Shown here: positions 1 through 11,518 of the stretch, piece after piece | Position numbering within the stretch: position 1 is the first letter of the stretch | How the letters are laid out: each line of letters starts with the position of its first letter | From: Torpedo marmorata | Lineage: Eukaryota | Direction of reading: 5' to 3' | NCBI GenBank assembly: GCA_977017645.1 | Contig: OZ360221.1 | Coordinates: forward strand, 94,302,001-94,366,000 | DNA: 64,000 nucleotides | Translations under genes and position numbers: made by a program | Notes under the pieces: model-generated | What the model saw: the letters and a program-made list of their open reading frames with translations, nothing else | Databases searched by the model: none | What the model was told of the DNA's origin: nothing

Positions 1-132
1 CACTGTAAGGGGCGCCGGGCAACACTAATGGCGACTCTTTGTCTGACTAACGGCAGGCAGAAGGCAATTTCGTATGATATTACATGTTCTGTACTATTAC
101 ATGACAATAAAGGAATCTTGATCTTGATCTTG
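1..132 (+). mobile_element. 3' half of a SINE with a Rex1/Babar-type tail (body resembles the 5S-derived SINE at 41600-41838)
   Basis: GTAAGGGGCGCCGG..GCGACTCT..GTCTG..ACATGACAATAAAGG followed by (ATCTTG)3; similar to the reverse complement of 41600-41722. Confidence 0.6.
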
Positions 133-134
133 TT

Positions 135-500
135 TATCCAGATACTTATTAAATATTGTGAGAGCCTCTGCCTCCACCAACCTCTCAGGCAGTGCATTCC
201 AAACTTCAACCATCCTCTGGGTGAAATATATTTTTATTTATATCTCCTCCAAACTTCTTACTCCTTTTGTTGAACTCAAGTCCTCTGATTATAGACACCT
301 GAGCTACAGTGAAAAGTTTAGGGTTGCCCACCGTATCCATGACCCCACCCGTATAATTCTTTGCACCTCCATTGGGTCCCCCATCAGTCTTCTCCTTACG
401 AAGGGAAACAAACTCAGCCTATCCAATCTCTCCTCATGACTGAGATATGCCGTCCCAGACCACATCCTGGTGAAGCATCAGAGCAATCATGTCCTTTCTA
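135..500 (-). mobile_element. Old degenerate CR1 3' fragment
   Basis: Reverse complement resembles the CR1 ORF2 end and 3' UTR seen at 2800-3200 (TTCCAAACTTCAACCATCCTCTGGGTGAA). Confidence 0.55.
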
Positions 501-1102
501 TACTGTGGCAACCAGAACTGCTTGTCGAGTGGAAAAGGTGCAGGGAGGCATTCTCCCCTGGATGGTGTGATATATTCCTTTGGTTGTTGAATGATCCCAT
601 TGTCTCTGCCACACAGACCCTGCTGCAGGAGCACTGCTGGAGCTCCTGAGGGCAATGTCCAGTACTAACTATGTTCAGCTGCTTCATACATGGCCTCTCC
701 ATTGTAAATTAAGGGGTGGAGCTGCTGCTGCTGCTGATATCACAGAGCCTCCAATAATAACCTGTGCATACCAAAATGCAGCAAGACCAGGCTGATGATG
801 ATAATATCTGAGTTAGATTTGGACCACACAAGTGGTAGACTATGAACATTCATAAGAAAACAGCACTAAACAACCTTCCGTTGACATTTAATGGTGTTAC
901 TGTCATGTATTCTATGTTAAGAAATACACTGCAGACAAAGGCTTGATGCTTCGTTAGTCGTTTAATACAAATCTCAAAATGGTTCTCCCACCACACACAG
1001 TATATATCAGTCAGAACGTCATCACGTTGACGTAATGATGTCATACGCCTGTAGGCGTATACATAACACTCTTCCCCCCCACAAAATAAATGTTTGTATA
1101 AT

Positions 1103-1132
1103 TATATATATATATATATATATGTGTGTGTG
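1103..1132. repeat. (TA)n(TG)n microsatellite in the Gypsy 3' untranslated region
   Basis: Direct reading. Confidence 0.9.
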
Positions 1133-1460
1133 CAGTATTTATAATAAACTGCAATAACTATGTTTGGGTGCAGTATTTAAGCGTAATACATGAAGCCTCT
1201 AGACTAATGGTGATTATAATTACAATGTAATGTAAGTATAAAAATGATAAAATGTTAAGTTACTGAACATAGTCTTTCAGACGTTCTGGCGGACGTTTTT
1301 CCCGTTTTGATCGTCTCAGAGAGGTCGACTCTGTCGGGATATTTTGCGGACTCTTCGCCTTTTGGGGTGGTACCTCGGTTGGTGGCAAGGACTGTGAACT
1401 TGATCTTTGGCGAACCTCACTCGGCTGTTGTACAGGACTGGGTTGTTGAAGAGGACTGGT

Positions 1461-1636
1461 CTGTTGAGGGCCTCTTGGTTGAGGAGGGGTCTGTTGAGGG
1501 CCTCTTGGTTGAGGAGGGGTCTGTTGAGGGCTACTTGGTTGAGAAGGGGTCTCCCTTCTCACGGATATTTCTGGAGCCCAGGGAATTTCATCTGGAAGCT
1601 CATCTGGAGCCCAGGGAATTTCATCTGGAAGCTCAT
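1461..1636 (-). repeat. In-frame tandem repeats in the Gypsy pol tail: about three 30-bp units and two 33-bp units
   Basis: CTGTTGAGGGCCTCTTGGTTGAGGAGGGGT units (PQQTPPQPRG); CTGGAGCCCAGGGAATTTCATCTGGAAGCTCAT x2 (DELPDEIPWAP). Confidence 0.9.
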
Positions 1637-2083
1637 CGGGATCTTGAGCCGAAGGCATGGCCATAGGATCATCTACTGCTCTTACTCTGGGTGAATGCTT
1701 TCCATATTTCAGTCCTTTCTTTCTATCCTTTTTACCTTTGTTTCTTGAACATTTGGATCTGCTGTGACCCTGTTTATCACACAGATGGCATTTTGATCTT
1801 TTAAAATAACAATTATCAGGACTGTGATTGCGTTTCCCGCAGCGAAAGCATTCTTGGCGGGAAAATCTGCCCACCACTAGCAGATCACCTTGGCTAACGT
1901 CCAAGTTATTATCGGCCATTTCGAAACCCAAGGCTGTTCTCATATGCTGAATCAAGTGTTACTTGTTTTTGACTTAATAATCGTTGTCTGGCACTGCAGT
2001 CTGCTAAACCCATAACTAATCGGTCTCTTAAGGCTTCGGTTAAGAATTCACCAAACTCACAATGTTGTGAAAGTTTACGTAAT

Positions 2084-3240
2084 AAGGTTCCGCATGGAAG
2101 GTTAGTTAGGAAGGTGCAGTCTTTAGGTATAAATTCTGAGATAGTCAAATGGATTGAACATTGGCTGGAAGGGAGAGGTCAGAGAGTGGTAGTGGATAAT
2201 TGTCTGTCAGGTTGGAGGCCGGTGACCAGCGGTGTGCCTCAGGGATCTGTATTGGGCCCATTGTTGTTCGTTATATATATCAATGATCAAGATGATGGGG
2301 TGGTAAACTGGATTAGTAAATATGCAGATGATACTAAGATAGGTGGAATAGTGGATAATGAAGGTTTTCAAGGATTGCAGAGGGATTTGGGCTGCTTAGA
2401 AAAGTGGGCTGAAAAATGGCAGATGGAGTTTAATGCTGATAAGTGTGAGGTGCTTCATTTTGGTAAGAAGAATCAGAACAGGACATATGTAGTAAATGGG
2501 AGAGCATTGATGAATACAGAAGAGCAGAAAGATTTAGGAATAACGGTGCATCGTTCCCTGAAGGTGGAAACTCATGTGAATAGGGTGGTGAAGAAGGCTT
2601 TTAGTATGCTGGCCTTTATCAATCATTGCATAGAATATAGGAGTTGGGAAGTGATGTTGAGATTATATAAGGCTTTGGTGCGGCCTAATTTAGAGTTCTG
2701 TGTGCAGTTCTGGTCGCCAAATTATAGGAAGGATATCAACAAGGTGGAGAGAGTGCAGAGAAGGTTTACCAGAATGTTACCTGGGTTTAAGAATCTAGAG
2801 TACAAGGAGAGATTGAGCATATTAGGTCTTTATTCTTTGGAGCGTAGAAGGTTGAGAGGGGATTTGATAGAGGTATTTAAAATTATGAAAGGGCTAGACA
2901 GAGTGGATGTGGATAGACTATTTCCATTAAGAATAGGAGAGATTGAAACAAGAGGACATGAGCTAAGAGTTAAGGGGCAGAGGTTTAGAGGTAACATGAG
3001 GGGGAACTTCTTTACTCAGAGAGTGGTAGCGGTGTGGAATGAGCTTCCGGGAGAAGTAGTGGCGGCAGAGTCAATTTTATTATTTAAGAAAAAGTTGGAC
3101 AAGCATATGGATGAGAAGGAAGTGGAGGGTTATGGGCAGGGTGCAGGTAGGTGGGACTAGATAGGAATGTTTGGTTCGGTGCGGACTGGAAGGGCCTAAT
3201 GGCCTGTTTCCGTGCTGTAATTGTTATATGGTTATATGGT
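2084..3240 (+). mobile_element. 5'-truncated young CR1 LINE inserted into the Gypsy gag
   Basis: Open 348-aa RT C-terminus (GVPQGSVLGP, YADD); (TTATATGG)n tail; splits gag EFLAEL|RKLSQHCEF; GTAAT at both junctions. Confidence 0.95.
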
Positions 3241-4565
3241 AATTCAGCCAAAAATTCGCTTACCGATTCGCCTGTTCTCTGTTTTCTGAAATAAAATCTT
3301 TGTCTTTCTGCCATTACAGGTGGTTTGGGGCTTAGATGTGCCCCTATTATACCACACAACTCTGCATAACTTTTTGTTCCTGGTCTTTCAGGTGCTATTA
3401 AAGATTTTTCCAGTTGAAATGTCTTACTTCCCATCTGGCTTAGAAATAGTGATCGTTTTCGGTTGAACGGCGGAGTCTCAGTAATATTATAGGCAAGACA
3501 GTGATGATCAAATCGCTCTACATAGTCATACCAGCAAATAGAACTGGATGAAGACTCAAAGAAATATGTGGCAATCAATACTCACTTAGGGTTATTCACC
3601 TATACCCGAATGCCATATGGGATATCAGCAGCCCCGGCAATATTTCAAGCAACCATGGACAAATTATTACATGGCATTAATGTAGGATGTTACCTCGATG
3701 ACATTATAATCACAGGCCAGGACGACGCTGAACACCTATCCAACCTAGAAAAAGTCCTAACGCGATTGCAACAAGCAAACGTCCGTCTGCGCCAAGTGTG
3801 TATTTATGGTACCTTCCGTAACATATTTAGGCTTTACAATTAACAGTGAAGGAGTCTGAATGGACACCGCAGGTACCGAAGCTGTCCGCAGAGCACCCTA
3901 TCCCACAAATCGCGCTGAATTGCAGTCGTTCCTGGGTTTGGTTAACCATTATAAAAAGCACATCCCAAATATGTCAATTCTATGCAGCCCTCTTAACCAA
4001 TTATTGAGAAAAGACCAAAATTGGTGCTGAAATGAAGAGACTAGTCATGTGGTGGATCGCTTAAAAGAACTATAAAGTCATGTGACAATGTTCTCGTCCA
4101 CTACGACCCAGGAAAAGAAGTGACTCTTGCGGTGGATGCTTCATCAGTAGGATTAGGAGCGGTGTCGTCACAGATAATGGAAAAACGAGAACATCCGGTG
4201 GCTTATGCCTCCCGGTCTTTGACGACTTGTGAACGTAGTTATGCACAACTGGAAAAAGAAGGGCTGGCCATAATATTTGGTGTCAAACGATTCCACCAAT
4301 ACTTATATGGCAGGAAATTTTCACAACAAACCACTAAGTTTGATTCTAGGCCCTAAAAAGGGGATACCAGTGCTAGCTGCAACAAGAATTCAAAGGTGGG
4401 CCATGATGCTTGCCGCGTATAATTACGATTTGAAACATAAACCAGCAACACAAAACGTTCAGCTTCTCCATTAGTGCTGGGGTGGTAGGGTGCAGATAAG
4501 ACATGTCGTATGTTATTATTACGTAGGAATATTTTAAAAGCCTCCGATACAAACTGTGGACCATT

Positions 4566-4583
4566 ATCCCATCCTCGTCGCCA
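4566..4583 (-). promoter_or_regulatory. Primer-binding site, tRNA-Ser(GCU) type
   Basis: Minus strand TGGCGACGAGGATGGGAT, 3 nt inside the 5' LTR; complementary to the 3' end I recall for vertebrate tRNA-Ser(GCU), ATCCCATCCTCGTCGCCA. Confidence 0.85.
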
Positions 4584-4774
4584 ATCTGTCACGTATTCTA
4601 TGTTAAGAAATACACTGCAGACAAAGGCATGATGCTTCGTTAGTCATTTAATACAAATCTCAAAATGGTTCTCCCACCACACACAGTATATATCAGTCAG
4701 AACGTCATCACGTTGACGTAATGACGTCATACACCTGTAGGCGTATACATAACAGTTACTATTAATTAATCCAT

Positions 4775-4868
4775 CAGGACGAAGGGCTCAGGCCTGAAGT
4801 GTTGGTTGCCTTTTGCTTCCTATGGATGCTGCATGACCTGCTGAGGTTCTCCAGCACTTTTGTATATT
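4775..4868 (+). mobile_element. Penelope-like terminal-repeat (pLTR) fragment with a degenerate hammerhead motif
   Basis: GACGAAGGGCTCAGGCCTGAAG..GACCTGCTGAG..CTCCAGCA, homologous to 39283-39420. Confidence 0.7.
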
Positions 4869-5294
4869 AAACTAAAAGCTAATTGTTTTTTTTTTTTGGA
4901 AGTACTTACCAAGGACACATTAAACATGCAGCTCCAGTATTAATACTGCACTCTGAACACGTGTGGCTGTTTCAGAAGGGTTAGAAGGAAAAAGAAGTCA
5001 TTAGTATGACTAGACTTATTTTTGTGAATGCAAGGTCATGAGACATGGGAAGAGAAAGAAGTAGCAATTAAAATGCAGTCAGCAGTTCATGATATCAGAA
5101 ATGCTTACGAAAGGGGAAATTACATGATTGAATGTAAAGTCCAAAGCACATTGTACAACTCTACGAAGGCACTGTGCAGTTTCCTACCACAGGGAAATTC
5201 AAGATTTGGAGAAAATGCAAAGACAAGTAGCTTTATGATTAAAAATGGACACCAGAACTGTGTAGATGGGACAAAGACATTATTCACAATCAAA

Positions 5295-5460
5295 TGAAAA
5301 GCTTACGTTTTGGACCTCACATGTTCTTGATGTGCCCCAATGCACTTCACAGCCAATTTATTACTATGGGATGTAATCACTGTTGGTGCATAGGACGTGT
5401 GTGCTGAACCTTCAAAAGATTAAATGTGAACTTCCACACAATCCAGAAGAATAAAGCCTC
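5295..5460 (-). mobile_element. 3' fragment of a Deu-domain SINE
   Basis: Reverse complement resembles 24925-25040 and the recalled SacSINE1-type 3' region. Confidence 0.45.
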
Positions 5461-5575
5461 AACATTTTATATCACAGCAGGAGACGTATGCTGACTGTCA
5501 TAAATAATTGTGCTTTTTTATTCACCTCCATTTTTCCCATGTATTGTCAATATTTATCAACTACTTAATCACATT

Positions 5576-5675
5576 GATGAAGGGCTCAAGCCCGAAACGT
5601 CAGTTATGTATTTCTACCTTTGCTACATAAAAGACACTGTTTGACCTGCTGAGTTTCTCCAGCATTTGTGTTTTT
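5576..5675 (+). mobile_element. 100-bp Penelope pLTR insertion starting at the hammerhead core
   Basis: 14-bp TSD TACTTAATCACATT (5562-5575, 5676-5689); GATGA-AGGGC-TCAA-GCCC-GAAAC-GTC. Confidence 0.85.
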
Positions 5676-6353
5676 TACTTAATCACATTCATGGATTCTG
5701 CAGTAAAATAAGGAAAATATCATGAAATACCGGTACTTATCATTCATTTTGAAAATAATTTTAAATGTATTGATGCCAGTCATTCACCAACCACAAGTGG
5801 TCAGTCTGGATTATGTATTGCAATCCCAAAATTGGATGAACAAGAATTAGCAGTGCATTTAGAAAAAAATCTAACTGCTGAAGTACAGTTTCTTAATGAT
5901 GATCTACTCAGTTTAATTCATCTCTCACAAACAGTCAGTTCACCTCTTATTCTGGTAAATCAATAACTATCACCACTTTCCCCCACTTCCAAACCACAGG
6001 TAGGCTTCATCAAAAAGACATAAAAAAATTGAAATTATTGCTAACACCTACATATAATTATTAATAACTGTGTTTTTGAAGGAGTACTGTCATTGAAGGA
6101 CTCTTTAGGACCGACTTTGAAAAGTAATGCAGATATCTAAATATTTCCTGCTCTTATGACATAATTAACTCTAACATTTTGAAATACAATACATCTAAAA
6201 TGAATGCTTCCTGTTCCTGAAATTTCTATTTTCATTTTGAAATTTAATAGGTAAAGTAAAACATTCCATAAAGAACAACTGCTTTGAGATGTATTCTAAA
6301 TCCTCACAACAAAGTAATTCCTTATGTTTTTTGAATGTAATTCATGTTAATAT

Positions 6354-7289
6354 TGTTACAAATTCAAACCAGCAACGACAGAAGACGCAATGCAAAAGGG
6401 GTAAAATTGAAATTTATATTTATTACATACAATTAAACATATAATTTCACAACAATTAACCCCACTATAAACGTCTATAAACATTATTCTTATCTAAAAG
6501 GTGTGTGTGTGTAAAGCCCAGACCATTACAGTCTGTGCCCAACCCTTATGTAAAAATGGAAAAACTTTCCCGAAAAATCCCAGGTCAGTCATAAAAACAA
6601 GTCAGTAAAAAAAAAAATAATACAGTCCACAAAAATTCACTCTCTAAGTTCAGGTTCCAAATTCAGCTCTGTGTGCTGGTAGAAGTACTTCTGAATGAAC
6701 GTTGGAGAGAGACAATGACTGTTTATGCTTACGAATACTTGGCTTGCTTTTCTTCTCTGATGACGTTCCCTTCTTGTGTTTTCATAAGGATTGCGAATTC
6801 AGATCCGTTTTGGAATTAAGGCGTATACTTGGATTTCACAGCCGGTTCCTCACAAAAGCTGTTTTCACAACTCAGGATTCTGCCGAATCATCAGGCTTTG
6901 TTTTACTCCCATCCTTTTCTCTGGGATGTACAAGCCTGGACTTTTCTGATTCAAGAGACTCTGTGCTATTCTCCCCACTTCTTCTCTGGGATGCACAGGC
7001 CTGGATCCTACTGAGTCCTCCCGCCTTTTCAACTCCAAAACTTCCACTGAGTTAGTTTTAACTTTAGGCCTTCCAGTGGAGAGAGAATTCCTCTCCACAG
7101 CCCTCTTCCAAAGTTTTTACACCCCAAGTGTGCTTTCCACAGTTTGTTTCCCCCTGATGTCTCTCTCTGCTAAATACAAGAAGTCCTGGGCAAGTTAACT
7201 CAGTACCAGGTCCCAGTGTATACACCAAAAAAACTTCATCCTTCCTGCTTACCATCCACAGTCCAAACTGTCAGTCACGGTCCATAACA
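6354..7289 (-). mobile_element. Solo LTR (936 bp)
   Basis: Termini TGTTA...TAACA; 4-bp TSD ATAT (6350-6353, 7290-7293); AATAAA on the minus strand near 6420; no internal coding domains. Confidence 0.75.
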
Positions 7290-7424
7290 ATATAAAAAAA
7301 AACCATAAGAAATAGAAGCAGGAAACTGGATGGCTGATCTTCCACCACAGCACAATTTTTCAGCACTATCCCTATCACCTTTGATTTTCCCCATTATTCA
7401 GAAATCTATATATCTCTCTATTGA

Positions 7425-7860
7425 AGTGGTGCCACATTTACATTAAAGGTTTTGTGGTGAGAGGGTGTTACTTAAAGTAAAGGTTTTCAAGCTATTATCA
7501 AAAGTTTTAAAAATCTGGACACAAAGCCACAAATGAAATTTCTGATTTTTTTAACCAGCTTTTGAAATTATCTAAAGAAGAAATAATGGGGGTTTCGATT
7601 ATATTTTTTCCAGGTTATTATTTACAGGAAAATTATGGCAGAGAGAAAACAATAAGGGGAGGGAATTAAAGGGAGGGGAAGGGTGGAGGGTGGGGTAGCA
7701 ACATTATAGAGGGTGGGTTAAGGGATGGGTTAGATACACTGTAATACAAATTATGTTTTTTATTTACTGGAATTAATAATGTATATTACGTATGTTGTAC
7801 TACTGTGAGAAAATTCAAAATTTAAAATAAAATATAAAAATAAAAAATTAAAAAAAAGAA
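7425..7860 (+). mobile_element. L1 3' end fragment (G-rich 3' UTR and A-rich tail) inside an old minus-strand CR1 (about 7300-8130)
   Basis: GGG tracts at 7658-7730, AATAAA and A-rich tail at 7825-7860; same architecture as 18030-18175. Confidence 0.7.
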
Positions 7861-8559
7861 AACAATAGTTCTGGACTCTGTTCCCAAACTCCCCAACCAG
7901 ACAGAGTGAATGGCTTTTATCCATCTATTTAATTAAATCATGACACCTTGAAAACTTCAAACAAATCACCCTGCAACCTTTGAGTGTAATCCTTCTACAA
8001 TCTCACCTCATTATTTAATTTCTTCTATAAATGAGGTATTATTCTTTTAAATTTACTGCAACTCCAATACATCTTTTCTAAGTTGTGAAGCTCATATCTA
8101 TTCACAACACTCTAAATGTGGTCTGACTGGTTTTGTAATATTGATAAGATTTTGCTGTAATAATGTATTAGGGAATTAATCAGATAACTTCTGGAGTACA
8201 TTGAGCATGGAATACTTGGTAAATGGGAAATCCAGAAGATGGTCCTGGTCATATACTACTTCTCCACAGGATGAGGCTTCCTAGCTGATAGACTTGGATT
8301 CTAAATGACTGCAACAGTATGAATCTAAGGGACTCGTTTGATGGTTCTGCACCCAAAATAATTGAAAATGTCATGTTGTACATTCCAGATTAAATGATCT
8401 TATAATTGATGTTTTTAAATGAAAAGTTAATGGGCCTTAGAACTGATAAACCCAAAGACTTGATTATCTGCAACCCCTTTTGAAGGAGGTGTCTATGAAG
8501 ATGGCAATGAAGATAAGGAGAAGATCTGGTAGGAGTAGCTCACAAAAATTCCCATCTCC

Positions 8560-8943
8560 AGCACCATTTTGGTACAGGAATTGTTCTGCCCAAGTCTGCA
8601 AGAAACTGCCGAGTTGTGAAGGCACGTAAAGCCATCAGCTAAGCCAACTTCCGCTGCATTTACTCCATCTTCATCTCTTGCTGCCTGAGGAAAGCAGCCA
8701 ACATACTAAAGGACACATCCCACCCAGTCACTCTCTCATCTCACCCCTCTCATCAGGGAGAAGAGATACGAGTTTGCAAACACACAACCAGACTTGAACT
8801 GACCTCCAATTAGTAAAAGCTGATGCCTTGCACGGTTTAACTTTATGTTTCTCTTTAATACAACCCCCTGCACGTTTTGGTTTTACTTTTTCACTACCTG
8901 TTGTACAACATATAGGTTGTCTTGCCTGGTTAGCACACAAAAG
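8560..8943 (+). mobile_element. Rex1/Babar-type LINE 3' fragment; its tail resumes at about 10000-10060
   Basis: GCTGCCTGAGGAAAGCAGCCAACATACTAAAGGACACATCCCACCC is homologous to the reverse complement of 28100-28260. Confidence 0.6.
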
Positions 8944-9999
8944 ATAATAAGATGAAAGCTCATGGAATTACAGGAAAGATATTAGATTGGGTGGAGCATT
9001 GGCTGATAGGCAGGAAGCAAAGGGTGGGAATAAAGGGATCCTGTTCTGGTTGGTTGCCGGTTACTAGTGGTGTTCTGCAAGGCTCGGTGTTGGGGCCGTT
9101 TCTTTTTACAATGTATATAGATGATTTAGATTACAAATTGAATGGTTTTGTGGCTAAGTTTGCGGATGTCACCAAGATAGGTGGTGGAGTAGAAAGTGTT
9201 GAAGAAATCAAAAGGTTGCAGAGAGACCTGGACAGCTTAGGAGGGTGGGCAAAGAAATGGCAGATGAGATACAATGTTGAGAAATGCACGGTTGTACATT
9301 TTTGATGAGGAAATAAACAGGCAGATTATTATTTGGATGGGGAAAAAATTCAAAATTTGGAAGTGCAAAGGGACTTGGGGGTCCTCTTGCAGGATAACCT
9401 AAAGGTTAACCACCAGGTTGGATCGGCAGTAAAGAAATCGAATGCTATGTTGGCATTCATTTCAAGAGGAATAATGTATAAGAGTAAAGAGGTGTTGATG
9501 AGGCTCTATGGGGCACTGGTGAGACCTCATTTGAAGTACTGTGTGCAGTTTTGGGCCCCTTATCTTAGAATGGATGTAATAATGTTGGAGAGAGTACAGA
9601 GAAGATTTACCAGGATGATTCCTGGAATGCAGGGGCTAACATATGAGGAACGTTTAGCGGCTCTTGGACTGTATTCTTTGGAGTACAGAAGATTGAGAGG
9701 GGATCTCATAGAAACATTTTGAATGCTGAAAGGATTGGACAGAGTAGATGGAAATAAGATGTTTCCCTTGGCGGGTGAATCCAGGACAAGAGGGCACAGT
9801 CTTAGAATTTGAGGGTACCCATTTAGAACAGAGATGAGGAGGAATTTCTTTAGCCAGAGGGTCGTGGATTTGTGGAATTCATTGCCACATACACTGTGGA
9901 GACCCGATCTTTGGGGGATTTTAACGCAGGGTGGAGTTGCGGAACAGACTCGATGGGCTGAATGGTCTACTTCTGTTCCTTTATCTTGTGATCTTGTGA
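8944..9999 (+). mobile_element. 5'-truncated CR1 LINE, RT C-terminal part with stops
   Basis: ORFs 8952-9305 and 9333-9722 (SGVLQGSVLGP, LVRPHLKYCVQFW); (TCTTGTGA)n tail. Confidence 0.92.
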
Positions 10000-10069
10000 A
10001 AGCAAAGTTTTTCACTGTATCTAGTACACTTGATAAAAAAAAACAATTCAATGCAGTTCAGATAGTCTG

Positions 10070-11518
10070 TGCTTTGGATGCCATTTTGTAAAATTCCATA
10101 GACTTTGGAAAGGTTCTTGCACATTGAAGGACAGTAACTGTGACCGCAATATTTAAGAAAGCATGGAGAGAAACAGAGAACTACTTGTCTGCTACTTAAA
10201 CATCTGCAGTTGGGAAAATAAAGGATATATATATATATTTAATTTAGAGGTACAGAACGGCAACATGCCTTTCTGGCCCACGAGCCCATGCTGCCCTATT
10301 ACATCTATATGACCAATTAACCTACTAACCCGTACATCTTTGGATATGATATGAAGACATTGAGAAAATAAAAATGTTTGAGCAGAGTCAACATGAATTT
10401 ATGGAAGGGAAATAATGTTTTTAACAAATTTATTGGATTTTCAGAAGGCGTTCAATCAGGTCCCACATAAGAGGATGCCAAACAAGTTTAGAGCACGTGG
10501 AGTTGAGGGTAATATTACCAATGAGGGTTGAAAACAGAAAAGGGATAAATGGACACTGGCCAGGATGGTCATCTGTGACTCGCAGGATAGGGTAATGATC
10601 AGCGCCTGCGCCATAGCTATTCATCATCTGCATTAACAATCTGGCTGAGGGCTCCTAATGCAATATTTCTAAATTCGCTGAAGACATGAAAATGAATGTG
10701 ATTGTGGCCAGTGATGAAGATACAAGGTGACTTCAAGAATATACAGACAAGCTGGGTGAATAGGCAATCACAAGGCAGATGGAAAAAATGTGACTTTGGT
10801 GCAGAAAACAGAGATGCTGAACATTTTTAAATGGTAAGAGACTGGATCCCCTTGTAAGCAGGTTGGTGAAAGTTAACATATAGAGGCTGTAGGAAATTAC
10901 AAAGATAAATGGTCTTTATTGAAAGAGGATTTGTGTACAAACGTAAGTTCAGCTTACTTGGTTTACCTTATGTACCTGTACGGCTTCAGCAACTAAGAAT
11001 TCCCATGCATCTATACATTGTATTTATGTATATGACAATATACTCTCATTACTCATTGGGCATTGGTGAGATTGAATTGTGTACAATTTTCATTTCCTTA
11101 CTTGAAGATATATGTATTTGCTATAAAGGGTCTAGTGCTGATCCCAAGGATAGCAGTAAAAACACAAAAATGCTGGAGGAACTCAACAGGTCTCGTAGCG
11201 TCCAGAGGAGGTAAAGATATATAACCAACTTTAGGAAGGCTGAGTTCCTCCAGCATTTTTGTGTTTTTACTACAATCACAGCGTCTGTAGACTTTCATGT
11301 TTCACTCCAAGGATGTCAGCTCTGTCTTATAAGGAAACATTACATAAGCTAAGCTTCTAGTCTCTGGAGTTTAGAAGGATGAGAGTAGATCTCATTGAGA
11401 CTCATCGCTTGGGACCATGGCCTCAAAATATGAAATAGGTCAAATGGTACTGAATTTTTTGTAATTCCCTACCCAAGAGGATTCTGGAGGTCATTGTTCT
11501 CATTCAAAACAGAGATCT
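10070..11518 (+). mobile_element. Old degenerate CR1 hosting younger inserts (V-SINE fragment 10235-10345 on minus, pLTR, young CR1)
   Basis: Degenerate CR1 RT motifs (DFQKAF at 10436, KFAED at 10671); continues the CR1 remnant at 8130-8510. Confidence 0.65.
11152..11306 (+). mobile_element. Penelope pLTR insertion with an inverted 5' segment (fold-back)
   Basis: Perfect 30-bp inverted repeat GTAAAAACACAAAAATGCTGGAGGAACTCA / TGAGTTCCTCCAGCATTTTTGTGTTTTTAC; TSD CCAAGGAT (11144-11151, 11307-11314). Confidence 0.8.

Larger units (their letters stand above)
901..4754 (-). mobile_element. Ty3/Gypsy LTR retrotransposon, internally deleted and rearranged, with a CR1 insertion
   Basis: 168-bp LTRs TG..CA at 901-1068 and 4587-4754 (about 5 mismatches); 5-bp TSD GTTAC (896-900, 4755-4759); PPT 1069-1080; PBS 4566-4583; fragments of gag (two CCHC knuckles), RT (YLDD), RNase H (VDAS) and integrase (DNGPQF..NGEAER). 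Confidence 0.95.

Noticed and set aside
3084-3578. 164-aa ORF as a novel protein
   Set aside because: Chimera of antisense RT, gag and antisense CR1 tail across junctions
5028-5297. 89-aa ORF as a host exon
   Set aside because: Resembles very degenerate CR1 RT C-terminus (CACTGTGCAGTTT..TTGGAGAAAATGCAAAG); no convincing splice context
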